From NCBI GenBank assembly GCA_040954595.2, contig CM082582.2, positions 12,793,777 through 12,857,776 of the forward strand: 64,000 bases of DNA, read 5' to 3'. Each line of letters opens with the position of its first letter. Positions within the stretch are counted from its first letter, which is position 1. Below, one piece after another: positions 1-13,300 of this stretch. Position numbers and translations under genes: made by a program. The notes below the pieces were generated by a model. That model saw only the letters and a program-made list of their open reading frames with translations. It was not told the DNA's origin and ran no database searches. Source of the DNA: Balanoglossus misakiensis. Its lineage: Eukaryota; Animalia; Hemichordata.

Positions 1-149
1 AATAGTTGTCGAAGTCATGTCGTGAAAAGGATGAATGGAAGTTTGGAAGATGAATGGAAAATTGGAGAACAGGTCCACCAAGTTCGAGTTTTCTTGTTGA
101 ACTGTTCTTCCGTTTCAGTTCTGAAAATTCAACGGTTGCACGTGCTTGA

Positions 150-315
150 TGTAATCGCTGATTGGCTGGCAAGGGGGATGCAATATATTACTGATTTCTG
201 ATTGGTTAAAAGTTTGCAACAAATGAAACTTAGCCACTTCTTTTTCAAATTCTATCGGGCGCGTGATCACATTCCGCGCGTCGCCGGGCCGCGCGGCCGT
301 CGATATTCCGCACCA
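150..315. promoter_or_regulatory. CpG-rich, probably bidirectional promoter upstream of SNX16
   Basis: Two ATTGG (CCAAT box) motifs near 161 and 202, and a dense CpG run at 257-302 (gggcgcgtg...ccgcgcgtcgccgggccgcgcggccg). SNX16 starts downstream on +. A possible minus-strand ATG at 18 (MTSTTI...) runs off the window edge. Confidence 0.45.
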
Positions 316-953
316 CACAGTCTTTGATAAGTCGATATCTTGCTTTACTGTTACCATTGGTTATTATCTTGATGAACAGCATCACTTGACGCGTGTATCA
401 TCGTAGTGAGAGTTCCCCCAAGATGATTGGAGTCGTACGTATCATAGCAACAGGTCGCCCCAACATGACCGCGGACAAACGTAGGAATAAACTTGTTTGG
501 CCTCGCGATGGCGCTTTGCGCGTGCTTGATAAGGTCAAAGGTTACATGTCTCTTCTTCTGTTTATCAAAATCATGAGATCATGTATCAGAGACTGTTAAC
601 AACGTGTGTGTGAGTAGCCACGCAAACCTTGGTAAACGGAGAATATTGCTTAAGGAAAATCTCAGTCGTAACTACCAAGAAATTTACTCGTAGTCGCGAT
701 CCAGTGTTTTTACTTGTGAAGATCTTGGCGACTCTTTGGAAGGGATGTGCATCGATCAAGTCCATTCAATACACTGTACTACTGGCGCGTTAATTGTTCT
801 GTGATCTGTGTCCGAGCTGGACCGCGATCGTGTGAAGCAAAGCCCGGTTTTGTCGTGGATGTACAAGATCTGAAGACCAATATGTGTCTGCTGATCGTGA
901 GAAGGTACGATTTTGTGAAATAGTGCACGACTATAAACCACGCGTCTTCAGCG

Positions 954-3900
954 ATGGATCGACAAGATGTCGATAAAATATCAGCAGTGGGACCAGTCGA
1001 AGACGACTTCAACAACGCCGATAATGGTGGGATGTCGCCAAATCGTGACAGTGCGAGCGGTTCGATACCGAGCGAACCTGGTGATGTTACTACGATAACT
1101 ACACTTGAAACGCCGAGATCGTCATCATGTCCACCAGGGGAAGGTGGTAGGCCAGTTGCAAGCACTCCGAAAATGAAAGAACTTCGTTCACACAGCGAAG
1201 ACAATTTGAAAAGGCGAAATGCCAGTTTCACGCAAACGGACTTGTCCATTTCAGAATTCGATGAATTGAAAGTACCTATAGTAGGATTTGAAATCATGGA
1301 ACAGAGGGCTAGATTTACGGTAAGTTCTTCGCGAAAACAGGTTTGGAGTCGGTTCATAATTTTCTTGTATAATAGGTGGGTGTCAAGAAAAGGGATTCGG
1401 AAGCAAAAGAACTTTGTTTACTTTGCGTTTTGTTTATTATCAGTAATGTTATCACAATTTTATCACATTGGCCTTATGATATTTTGTTCAAATATCATTA
1501 CCTGGCTACAAAGTGATTAAAATGTTTATAAACACCCCCTTTTACAATGCCTCCATCCTTGCACATCTATGCCAATAGCATGACTGAATGTTTTTACATT
1601 AAAACAAATTCTTTTGTTCAGTGCTGCTGCCTGTACCCATACCCTTAGTTAGAAAGTACGTGGACCACATTTCTATGGATGCTTTATGCGGAGGGAGGGG
1701 GCATAAGGCACCTGGGTCTATAAACAGCTCGGCCAACTATTGTTAAGTGTATGATTAGGTTGTAGATGATTGACTCTTTCAAAGCCTGTAGGGAAAAATG
1801 AAATTTGGAGTCAGGAAGTATCAGGTTGGAATCAGGAAACACCCTCATACTCACATTTTGTGAGTTCCACCCACATCTGACCTGGATAGAGACAAAAGGA
1901 AGTTCACTTCCTACAGTTTTAAGTTTCCATTAAATTGACATCACAATTGAAATGTCTGAAATCCTAAATCACAATGAAAAGAATCACAAACAGTTAGATC
2001 GCCAGTCACTTAGAATTTTTGGTATGTCAATCTTTTCAAATGCAAACAATACTGCACATACCCCACTCTACTGATTTGTATAAATGTCTTGTATAATATA
2101 ATTATGCTGCTTTTTCCAGAACTAGAGTTCAGTTATAACTTCTCAGACTGTTGACCATGGTTTGCACCTGACCATGGGATGGTGTCTGTGGCCACAATGT
2201 GATTCTGTATCACTGAACTCAACTGGAGTCAAGGTTTTTCTTTTAATTATGAAAATAAAGTTCATTCTTTGTTGGTTCAGTGGTTGTTTACAAAGCACAC
2301 ATAGTCAATGTGCAGCCAGCCATATCTTTATTGTTTGTCGGTGGGTTTCTGAGGCATTGATGTAGCATGCAGTAAAGCTGCCATTTAACAAAGAAAACTA
2401 GGGATTAATACCTGGAAGGCAGGAGTACTTCACCCCTGTGTGACCTTTCACCTTTGCACTTTGGTTAACCACATTGTTTAAAATCTGTGCCAAAGACATT
2501 GCTAGACTAAACTGTGTACAGTAAAAGATCCCTTGGGCATGTTGATATAAAACCATTCTGACCAGGAAAGTGACCGGTTTTATTGTCAGTTGTTGGAAAA
2601 GAATTTCTGAGTGGCCCTGAAGGTATCTGTGTGCCACCGTCTCCCAGATGGGATGTGGGTCACCCTGACAGTAGTCGAGTATCTAGTCGTATTTTGTCTG
2701 CTTTGCCTCCAAGCAGAGTGGCCATGTGATATTAATATGACACATGACTTCTGGCCAAACATCTGCACAGCTGTCGTCAGTATTTGTCATGTGACAGTGC
2801 CAGCGGTTGATGTCATGTGACAGTCATAAGGTATCTTCATGGTCAAAATAACCAATAACCTCAAAATGATCATGATGAATGTACATATGAAATGATGTGA
2901 AACTAAAATCAAACATTAGTTTATGATTTATGTCTATGTTTGTTTTGTGTAAAATATTAATGTCTATGAATTGTACCAGGACATTTTTCCCATTCAAACA
3001 GTCATGAAACCTCCATTGAATGTTAACTTAACCTTTCTCACCTCAGTTTCCCTTCATTGTGTGTGGTTAAACCTGCTGATTGTTGTTAATAGAATAGGTG
3101 AAACAAGGGCTTGTGATAAGATTTGACCTTAAATAGGCATCTATAAGGGAAAGATGGACAGTAATCCAGTGTCCTAACATGTATTTATGGCCATGGTCAA
3201 AATTCCACAATTATTGATAAATTGACATGAACAATTGTGTCTGAATAAAATACAGATGTAAAGGCAATTAATTCAATAAGTAATAGAACTGTGCATTCAA
3301 CAATTCTTATTCATAGTCTGATATCAATAGCTTCATTTTCACCAAATCAAGGTGAAAATTTACACCATGTGGTGACATGAATATGACCCACATACTGGAA
3401 CCAGCATAAAGAATTGCAACAAATACACCTTTTCTTATTAAAGTGAGCTGACAAAAGTATTTGTCATTCAGATTGAAAAGAAATTTCAATGAAAGGTCCC
3501 AAAATGACATACCCAAACAAGATGATTATATGTGTGAATGCCACTGTTTGCAGACCTTTGTGAACAAACAGCTGATGTCAGGGCCGTTTGGTCCCATAGA
3601 CACCTTGTCAAGATGGCAGCTGACAAAACATATTGTACCAGCTGAAAAATTTGGTCACAAAAGAACAGGATTGGAAGATCTAACCAATATAGCAAGCTAT
3701 GCCACCATCTGTCAAAAATTGTCTATGGATTCATGTTTGTTCAGTTGCTTTGCAATTGGGTCCTAGGGTTGTCCCAAAATTATGGCGAAAATATATGTGG
3801 ACCATAGTGCTCTTTGTTCCTTGTCAACACGTATTAGAGACTGATATATAATCAATTGTCACATTTCTGTTTGGCATTACAGGTCTTCAAATTACATGTC

Positions 3901-6900
3901 AGGAGGTCTCCCCGCGACAATTGGTTTGTTTTCAGAAGATACACAGATTTTGTGCGACTGAATGACCTGGTGAGAATATGAAAAAATACCTTATTTTGAT
4001 AAAAATTGAGATATCATCTTGTTGTCATGTAATGAATTATAGCAAGCTCAGCTAACAGGGTAACTGCAGCAGAGAGAAATAACATGAAATCCTACAATTT
4101 TAATTAAAATTAGATAGTTTGTGTGTGTAGATAAGGACACATCACTGAAAACATATTAACTTGGATGGATTAGCGAATATTTTGCCTGCAAGTGATTCAC
4201 CTTTGACATTTACTTGAAATGCATGTGTATCTCGGCAACCATACAGTCTTACCTGTCGGCTATTAAGTAATCCATCTGCTGATTGGCTCACTGTCATCAC
4301 ATGGTTGACATGTGATGTCTGAGTGACCAGAGCTGTATGCAGTAACATCCACCAAACACAAAACGATTCATAGCTTTGATAATCCCATTGCATATTTCAT
4401 CACGTGGAGTGATAAATTTCCTCTGTTGAAATGTTGAAGTCACATGATCTGGAAAAAACAAATAAGATAATGAAAATACATGGCTAAATGTGTCATTTAA
4501 AACTATCTCAGTTGAAATTCTCTTTATTTTATTCGCAGTTAAAACTCCAGTTTCCAGGTTTTCGTTTAGCACTCCCTCCCAAGAAGTGGTTTGGTAATAA
4601 TTTTGACCAAGACTTTTTGGAGGATAGAGTGATTGGGCTTCAAGCATTCGTGTCGAATGTTACTGGTCATAAAGACATTGTTAAGAGGTAATCATTGATT
4701 ATTTACAGTTGGCATCTTCAAACCTTTTGTTTCTCACATGATAGAGTGATTTATGTGTCGCAAGTGACTGTGGTCATGTGAATGTACTTCTTTGTTCAAA
4801 ATGAAACTGAAAATACAAAATTGTTTTTAAGTGCTGCAAATTGAATTGGATCATTTCCAAAGATTTGTTGACAGGGATTGTGTTTGTGTGCAACTGAACA
4901 GTGGTTCTTTTGTTATTTTATTTCTTGATTTACAGCAAAACAGTTCGAGAATTCTTCTGTCTAGATGAACCTCCTGGACCCCATGATAGTCTTGAAGAAA
5001 GCAGGGTGAGAAATCATAAATTGTTTCAAGTCCAGGTCACGTCAGTAAACCATTACCACTTGTTTGTTTGTTACAAACTTATCTACATTACTGTACTTGA
5101 AGGAATGATCAGTGAAGGTGGAAAAAGAACCTTGAATGTGGAAATAATCAACTCTTTATTGACACTTGTGTTTAAAGTTTACCATCACATAAATTTCAGA
5201 TGTTTTTGAAACTCAAACCTTTTTTCCAGGCCCTTTGTGAAAGCCTTGAGGAAACTATTTACACTTTAAAGACAGAACTGAAAGAAAAAGACAAACATAT
5301 CCAAAGACTAAAAGAAGAAAATGAGGATTTAAAAGCAGAGAATATACACTTACTTAAAGCACTGAGGTAAGTAACAGTTGATATCTTTGTTACTATTCCC
5401 ACTCATGATAGCTTTTATATGTTGGTTGTTTGAATTCTACTCTCAACTAGAATTTCATCATGTTATATTTTACTGACATATGTGTTTGTACATACCACTG
5501 GAAATGATGTCATTATATTTTCATGTTGAGATTGAAAGTCAGATATATTTTGTGTCTTTTGGAACAAAATTAACCAGAACTTGTTGTTTTCAGTGGGGAC
5601 AATGGGGCTTCCAGTTGTCGTCAGTCCTCCCCCCAACCTGAAAGTGAAAGTACCAGTAGTCTTGGAGAGTGTGAGTACCCCTCTGCAGTCAACATGGACC
5701 AGCAAAAAATTGATAGAAACAATGATAGATCAAGGTACGTCAAAGGTCATTTGCTAAGCACCAAGAACGTTGTCAACTAGATTTTATCTCTGTCTTGCTC
5801 TATGACTTCAAAGCAAATTTTACAGTGTGTATACAGCTTTGAAAGCCTAGAATAGAATAGTATATACATATACCGGTAATTGACTTATTTTGTGAACACA
5901 GTTAGTAGAACGAATGGGTAAAACATATACACCCCTAAGAGTCTAGAGGGCAGTATATGATAACCATGCTCTCTTCCCCAATGTGAGGTTTTCCTACTGA
6001 AGTCACAAGGCTTTAGAAGTCATTGTAATCACCATGGTAACACTAAGTCAAGTTGCTATCCTCCTGATAACAACTGGCCCAACAAAATGAAACCACTTAA
6101 CATTATGATTTTGTGGCTGACATTATGACAATAGAAAGAATGGTGCTACTCTTTTTCTTCTTACTTGAATTGAGTTGTTTTTTTATTTTCTGCCTGTGAT
6201 GTAGTTTTTTGCTGTAACCATCTAAGCTTTGGTGAGTATACTTTGACTCTATGTGACTACTTTGCTTTGTGAATTCATCCTATGTGCAAGAAAAAAATTG
6301 TTTTTGCAAGATTTTATGCTTTTCGCCAAGCCACCTCAAAGAGTATTTTGGTCAGAAAAGACTGGAAGAATGTGTATTTTGTTTCAGGCCAAATCTTCAT
6401 CATGTAGTACTATTGTGTGACATTTGACCTCCCCCCATGCTTGAATTGCTAAGCAACCGTTGGTCTAAGATTGACTGGCTTTGTGTTGTCATGACAGTTC
6501 TGTGTCAATAAATGTTGCATCCTGGGAAATAATGTGAAAGAAAAGAAACCCTAGCGCTTACGAGTCTTGTTGACCTCAGAACCGATTTTTGGCTGTTGTG
6601 TAACATGCATGAATAAAACACAGTTCAGAAATAAGCGATGAGACATCCTGGAGAATTCACAGTTTAAAGTGCAAGATCTCTGATTTTTGTCGACAACTTT
6701 AACTCATCACCCACAATCCCTTGCTCTCTTCCTGTCTAAACCATTTCCGCACCTTTTTCAAAATGGCTTCCTTCTTGATAAAATGTAACTTCCTCTACTA
6801 TAAATGCTGTCAATGTAATCTTCCAAAAAGTGTGAATTAACATCATACAATGGTTGCACTAACACACACAAATTGTGTACATGTAATTGTGTAAAATATG

Positions 6901-7575
6901 TTAGACTCACTATTGGTTTGTGATATTTCAATCATGTCAACAGAAAAATTATCTTCAGGCAAAGCAATCTGTACTCAAAATCATATGACCTTTGCATACT
7001 GTATATCCTGTTTGCTGAAGATTACAGTCTAAATCCAAAGTTTGCCTACTGTCTGGCTTCTGGTATCATGGTTGTGTGCAAAATATACACACACCTGTTT
7101 GGTTGACAACAGTGCCAGACTGGAGTGTGTCATCATCAAAACCAAATTTCCACAGGCCTCCCATAATTCAATCTTCTCAGAATATCCTATCAGTTTCAAA
7201 CAATAAACTTTAAAAGTGAGTTTGACATATTTTACAAAACATGGAATTACACCTAAGATTCTTATAATGACAACCTACGACTAAAACAGGCATTAAGGTT
7301 TTGTGTAGGTTCCTAGTCCTGTTCACTAATTCTGACAAATGTAAGAAGGCACAGAAACAAATAGTGGTAATTTAAATATTTTCTCTGGAATTATATTCTC
7401 TGTATTAACAGCAGCTTCTTGTTCTACTCCCTACTAAATGTTGAAATGATAAACATGTTTTTTTACTCTGTCTTTGTCTTCCAGAATCTTCCGCAGTTTA
7501 TCGAGAGAGATGGAAGAGGATTTATCACTCAATCTGAAAGAACTGATGGTCACATTTGGCAGTCCCAAAAAATAA
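954..7575 (+). CDS. SNX16: Sorting nexin-16 (PX domain plus coiled coil), 7 coding exons, ~346 aa
   Basis: Exons 954-1319, 3883-3969, 4539-4687, 4936-5005, 5230-5366, 5594-5734, 7485-7575, all GT-AG and in phase. Spliced protein has [18 protein letters not shown]...[46 protein letters not shown]...[32 protein letters not shown], the SNX16 PX and coiled-coil signature. The last exon is the least certain. Confidence 0.93.
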
Positions 7576-10340
7576 AAAGGAACAAAAAATAAAAGAAACA
7601 GTAACTGTCATTCAAAGAGAAGTTCATGTCTTTGACAAGTAGAGCCTTGGAAGCTCTAAGCTGATTGGTTACACAATTTATGCATCTAACTATTAACTCT
7701 TGTGAGCATGTGGTTTACAAGGTGATTTCACAAAAAGATCAGCCAATCAGTGAACAAGACCACCGCACCAAAACAATACATCTTCCATGGAATTATCAAT
7801 GTGACTATGCACATGGATACAAGTGCTTTTGTGCATTTTGATAGTAATTTAACTTTTATTTCAAAGACAAAGAATGTAACCAATGATTATTAGTATCATG
7901 ATGAACTAGAACAAGTCAGTAGTTTTTTGTACCTTTCTGAACTTGATTTTAGGTGAAATAAAAACGTCTTTGATTTTACTGCGTGTTGTCGCTTTTCATT
8001 GTGGTTATTATAATTGTACAAAAAAAACTATCCTGCGTTCGTATGAGGGCGCTGTTCATCAGAGAACAGTACTGAATCAGATTTGTATAGTTTGTAAGAA
8101 ATTTTAAGCTGATGTTGTTCTCAGTGAATACAGACAAATTTTTATCATGAATCTGTGTTATTTCATGTCTTTGTAGTTTGCCAACACCAGACGAAACTAA
8201 AGAGGAGTGGGATTATACAACAACTAGAATTCATGAAGATTCAGCAGTCAAGGACAGGACTGGAATCCCTGTTTTCAGCACACAGTGATATCCTGTACCA
8301 ACTTGGGAATCTTTGCAAAATGGAAGAGTTCATCTGCGCTAAGATGGATCACAAGACTGCTAATTGGGGGAAGATCAAGCACCGTTTTCTCACTGTTGTC
8401 ATGGAGACACCAATGCCATGATTGGAATAAGACTTGTTAAAATGCTTTCTATGATTTTAACTTAAATCTCAGTCCTGGTGTCTAGTCACAGCTATCACAA
8501 ATACTATAGCACAGGTGACAATCATTTGTATATAACTGCACTGACCTTTGACCCAGGTCTGTTGGAACAGATACCTGTTCACCACAGGTATTTAACTTAA
8601 TTCTTTTGAGTTTTGCCAACCTGAATTGGACTTTGTCAAATTAAGATTTTGATAACATAGAGTGTGACGGTTTTTTGAAAACTTGCAGAGGTATTTTGTC
8701 TTTTGGCAAAAATTATTTACTTTGTAATTCACACATTAATTTTTTCACTTCATTCCACAATCATAAGCATAGTCCTGTGAGTGTCTTTGAACCAACCACA
8801 TTGTCACATGCAGACATTTTATCTATTTAATTGACAAGAGGATGAACGCAGATATTTCATGGGTGATTATCACGTGCATGCCTCACTAAAACTTAATTGT
8901 GGGACATCAAGGTATAAAACAAAAAAACTTATGTTACTTTTATTCTATTTCAGTTGTTTATTTTGTTCATATTTTAGTGAGTAAATCTCTCAAAATAGTG
9001 GTTAATTTTTTGTAATGATGTGAAAAAAGACTGGAGATGGAAAGATGTATGATTTTAAAATAAAAATGGAAGCTCAACAGATACTTATATTCTTGTCTTA
9101 GCATTGTCTGTCCAGGGGCACAATTTTCAGAATTTTCCTTTATTTACATCAGGATCCAACTTTTTAAACATTTTCTGAAGAGGTTCTCAGCAAAATGAAA
9201 AGCATAATTTTTATGGATACCCAGACATTAATTTGAATGGTCGCGTACCATTGCTCCCTAGGCAAGTTTTAAAAAATCACATGTGGTCGACTTCAAGATG
9301 ACGGACTCCTGCTGTGTTTATATGTTACAAATGAAAGTTCACAAGCTAAATCAATGTTGCATGGTACTGAAATATTGTAGCCGATAAACAAGAACTAGAC
9401 GTAAAAAATTGTCAATACTCACCGCAAAGACCTGTAGATATTGTAGCCATAAAGATTCCGTGAAATATCGTCCCGTCCAACTGTTACTGAAGACGTACGT
9501 CGCCACTCTTACCCACAATGCAATTATGGTAATGTGGTTTACCCCCTAGCACGAAGTAAATTGTTGATCATATCCACTGTATTGCCACCCCCACCCACCC
9601 CCGGGGTCTGGCAAATGAACGAACACCAATAGCAACAATAGTTTAATACTGTTGATGATATATTTACGTCCCAACTGAAAATACAGTCGTCGATAATTAC
9701 GATGATGGCTACACGTACACTGAGATGTAGCTCTGCGTGGCAGGGCTGTGTTGTTACGGCGAGCCTCCACCCAACAACACAGCCCTGCCACGCAGAGCTA
9801 ACTGAGATGATGACGTTGATCTTACGTGCATAAATAATAAACTGAAATCTACATACATTGTGAGTTTTATAATTTCCGAAGTGTGTTGTAATCCAAACTA
9901 TAAACCTATAACAACATTATTTAATTCACAAACACAAAAACACTGCAGTTTTCAGTTATCCTCAACCTGGAGATCATCTTCGCCAGCCAAGCTATCTTCT
10001 TTTGGCCAGGGGATTCCGTCCATCAGTAAATATGAGGCCGTGCAGACTGGACGGTGCAGAAATTGTCCGCAAGGACAGTGGAAAAAAGTGCAGCCTACTC
10101 TCGTATTACTTGCCTTGACATATAAAATTATATAAATGTCTTAATAATTGGACTTATAAAAAGTAAAATTTATAGTACGATAAAATATCTGACATCCCAA
10201 ATCAAAATCTTCCGTACTACTTTTCGCTACGCAATAATGGCAAGTGCGCCACCTTCGATGACGTCTCTACAACATTTGTTTACAAAGTCGCAAAAGTATT
10301 GCGTCCAAAAAACCTGGTTTTCCCGTTACGTTTTGAAAGT

Positions 10341-13300
10341 CTACGATGGTCCGTCAGTTGGTAATGGAGGTAACTTCATAACATCGAATCCCTGATCGAC
10401 AATCATTGTACAAACTTCGCCATTCAAACTCTCATCTTCGATAATCCGTATAAAAGAGTCGGCCACTTCACCCAATCTGAAATGACAAAAAGAAAATGGA
10501 GTCAGTATTAGCTTAATACTTCGGTTGTACGTCCGTTAAACAGCCATTTGAACATGGTCACCATCACTGATCGTAAATTTTACTTACTCTAATGCCTTCC
10601 TTTCCTTGGTTATGCTTTCCAAGATTTTTCCATATCGAAAACCTTCTTTCATGGCGTCAAACCTATGTGGTCCCACGTTCACGTTATCAAGACAAAGTAC
10701 ATTTACCCGAACACCATTTTGTTTTACAAGAGGCTCTTCCTGTATGTGGACCGAACACAAACCAACAAAATCATTAAAACGTTTTGGTATTAATAAATAA
10801 ATCATGATGCAATTGACTTGGGAATATAGATGGGTGTTTCAAAGAGGAACACAGAAGAAATCGTGAGAGATAAATTGAATGCAACAACTTACAGCGACAG
10901 ATCTTGTGAAATGTATGACGCCCGCCTTGGCGGCGCAGTAACATGGGAGAAGTGGTACTGGCCACAGTCCTGAATGTGTGCAAACAGATCAATTAAGTAA
11001 AAATCAGTAAAATACTACTCTTCTGTCAGAGAATCCTTTTGGTATTTTCATGACGCATTCATGCTAAAACCGACCAAGAAAATAGCACATTCGACTATCT
11101 GAGATGTGTACCAGTATTTGTAAATGGTAACTTACCTGCCATAGACCCTGTGTTTATGACGACACCTCCATTTCCGCCATTTGCCTTTCCTATATGATCC
11201 ACGGCGAGATATGTACCCCTTATCACAGCACTCTGCAACAAGGAAGGCTCTCATAGGATTTTTTTTTCAAATGCATAATATTTTACGCAAATACTTTTCA
11301 AAAGTTGTCCTATCGTCTTCAATAGCATTGTCCGATCCGCACGCCTTGGTTTGATCGGCTAGACGGTATATAGCGGTAACTACCCCGATTTGTCGTAATA
11401 TAAATGTACTTACCAAACAAATTTCAATAAACTTCGAAACGTTCACATCGTCATAAGAAAGTGCGTTGTTACACACTATATCAAGTTGGCCAAAGTGTTT
11501 CTTCGCTTTCTGAAATGTAGCTGAGAAAAGACACACCGTTATGTTATTTGGAACGATGCGATGGTTTGACTAGTCTATGAGGCAGTAACCATGGCGACTC
11601 AGGCTCTCATATGGATGAAATCACCTGTCCATTAATACCCAGTATGAACGCTAGCATATCGATAGTCCTTCTCTTACCTTTGAGATCTTCTTCAGAAGCG
11701 ACATCGCATTTGCAGAAAATGGCTTTGTCTGCGCCATATTTGTTGTTGAATTCATCTCTTGTTGCTTCCCCTTCTTCGGAGTCAATGTCAACTATTGCAA
11801 CACCCTGAAATGTGAATGAACATCTGCTGTGAATATTTCTCCAACACCTTCACAAACCTTAGTGTATCGTGTTCTTCGAGGCAAACACGAGACATAAATG
11901 TGTCGTGTCAATTATAGCTGACATTTTGAAAATTACAGTTTATCGGAAGATCTGGGTTGGTTAGCGAACCTTAATCCTGCGATACTTGTTTTCAACGATG
12001 ACAAATTGGAATTGTCGGTCTATCAAAGAGCGGAATCAGGACTTCGACAATCGGAAGGAAAGCGACAATTTGTCTTTATTAAACTACGGTAATTTAAGTA
12101 ATAGTCCCGTTCGCATCATTAATTCTCATTAAAATATGTCGCGATTCCAGCAAAACATAAACCTCAATTGATCCAATCATGGGTATCACAATTCAGAGAG
12201 ACAGATCAGTCAAATATTGGGTTAAAATTGCAACGAAATGATGCCGGATCGGTAAAAATCCTGCGAATATACAGAGATGTCCAGCTTGACGAGGCTTATG
12301 TTGTACAGACAATAACTGTGAATAGAGACAAGGTATGCGGTGTTACGTGTACAAATTAAACGACATACGACGTGAATGCTGCGGTATGTGATCTCGCGTC
12401 AGGAAGTTATGCGACCCTGGATGTGAAAATAAAAAGTTTTGGCATGTCCTTGTCAATCACCATTTGAAAAGAATGTTAACACTTTGAACACATCGGAAAC
12501 GAGTGTCTGTCACACGAGGTACACCGATTTACACCACATTCCCATCGCAAACACATTCCGGCTACGTGGTAAACTGTTTTCCCATTTTCAGGCAGCATGA
12601 TCCAATAACCTGGCACTCCTGTCATAGTTTGTATGCACTAGAGTGTGATGCCATTGATATCAATGTTGCAGCTGGCTCACAGAGGGTCTACGCAACGGAG
12701 ACTTGATTTGTAAATGCCAAAATGTAAACCACTCGAGTTTCCCCATGTATAAGCTTATTCATGTTTCAGGGATTTCTCCTCTTTATGTTTCCGTCTCACC
12801 GACCCGATCGAAACTCATCCAGCTCTCCAGATAAACTCAGAAAGTTCTTGGTGGTACCCCCTGGGCTTTCAGCCACGCGGTACTTACCCTAATCCCTCTG
12901 ATGGGTGTGCATTTGTGGTAAATGTCAGAGAGTAACTGTCCTGATAGCACTCATGGATCATTTAACCTGCGGCCATGTCTCAGCTTATCAACCACCAGGC
13001 CATTTGTTTGAAATTTCAAATACTGTATATTTTCGGTGACGAATCATCGTCGACCAAAGCTTGTTTGTTTGGGCACCTCATCAGGTAAAAGGTCAGATCT
13101 CCTCTTCAATAAATAAACTGTTCTGACATTGATATGAAGCAGACAAGTACATGAAAAGTATGTCTGAGACTGTCTGATCGCCCTTTGATTTCAGCCATCG
13201 ATGTGAACATGCAAAGGAGTGAAAACAATTCACGTCCTTCCGTGTAGATGGATGTTCTGTTGATGTCTTTAATATGTTCCCACACCGATATCAATGTCCC

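Noticed and set aside
779-1357. 192-aa minus-strand ORF
   Set aside because: It is the antisense shadow of SNX16 exon 1 and has no recognisable domain.
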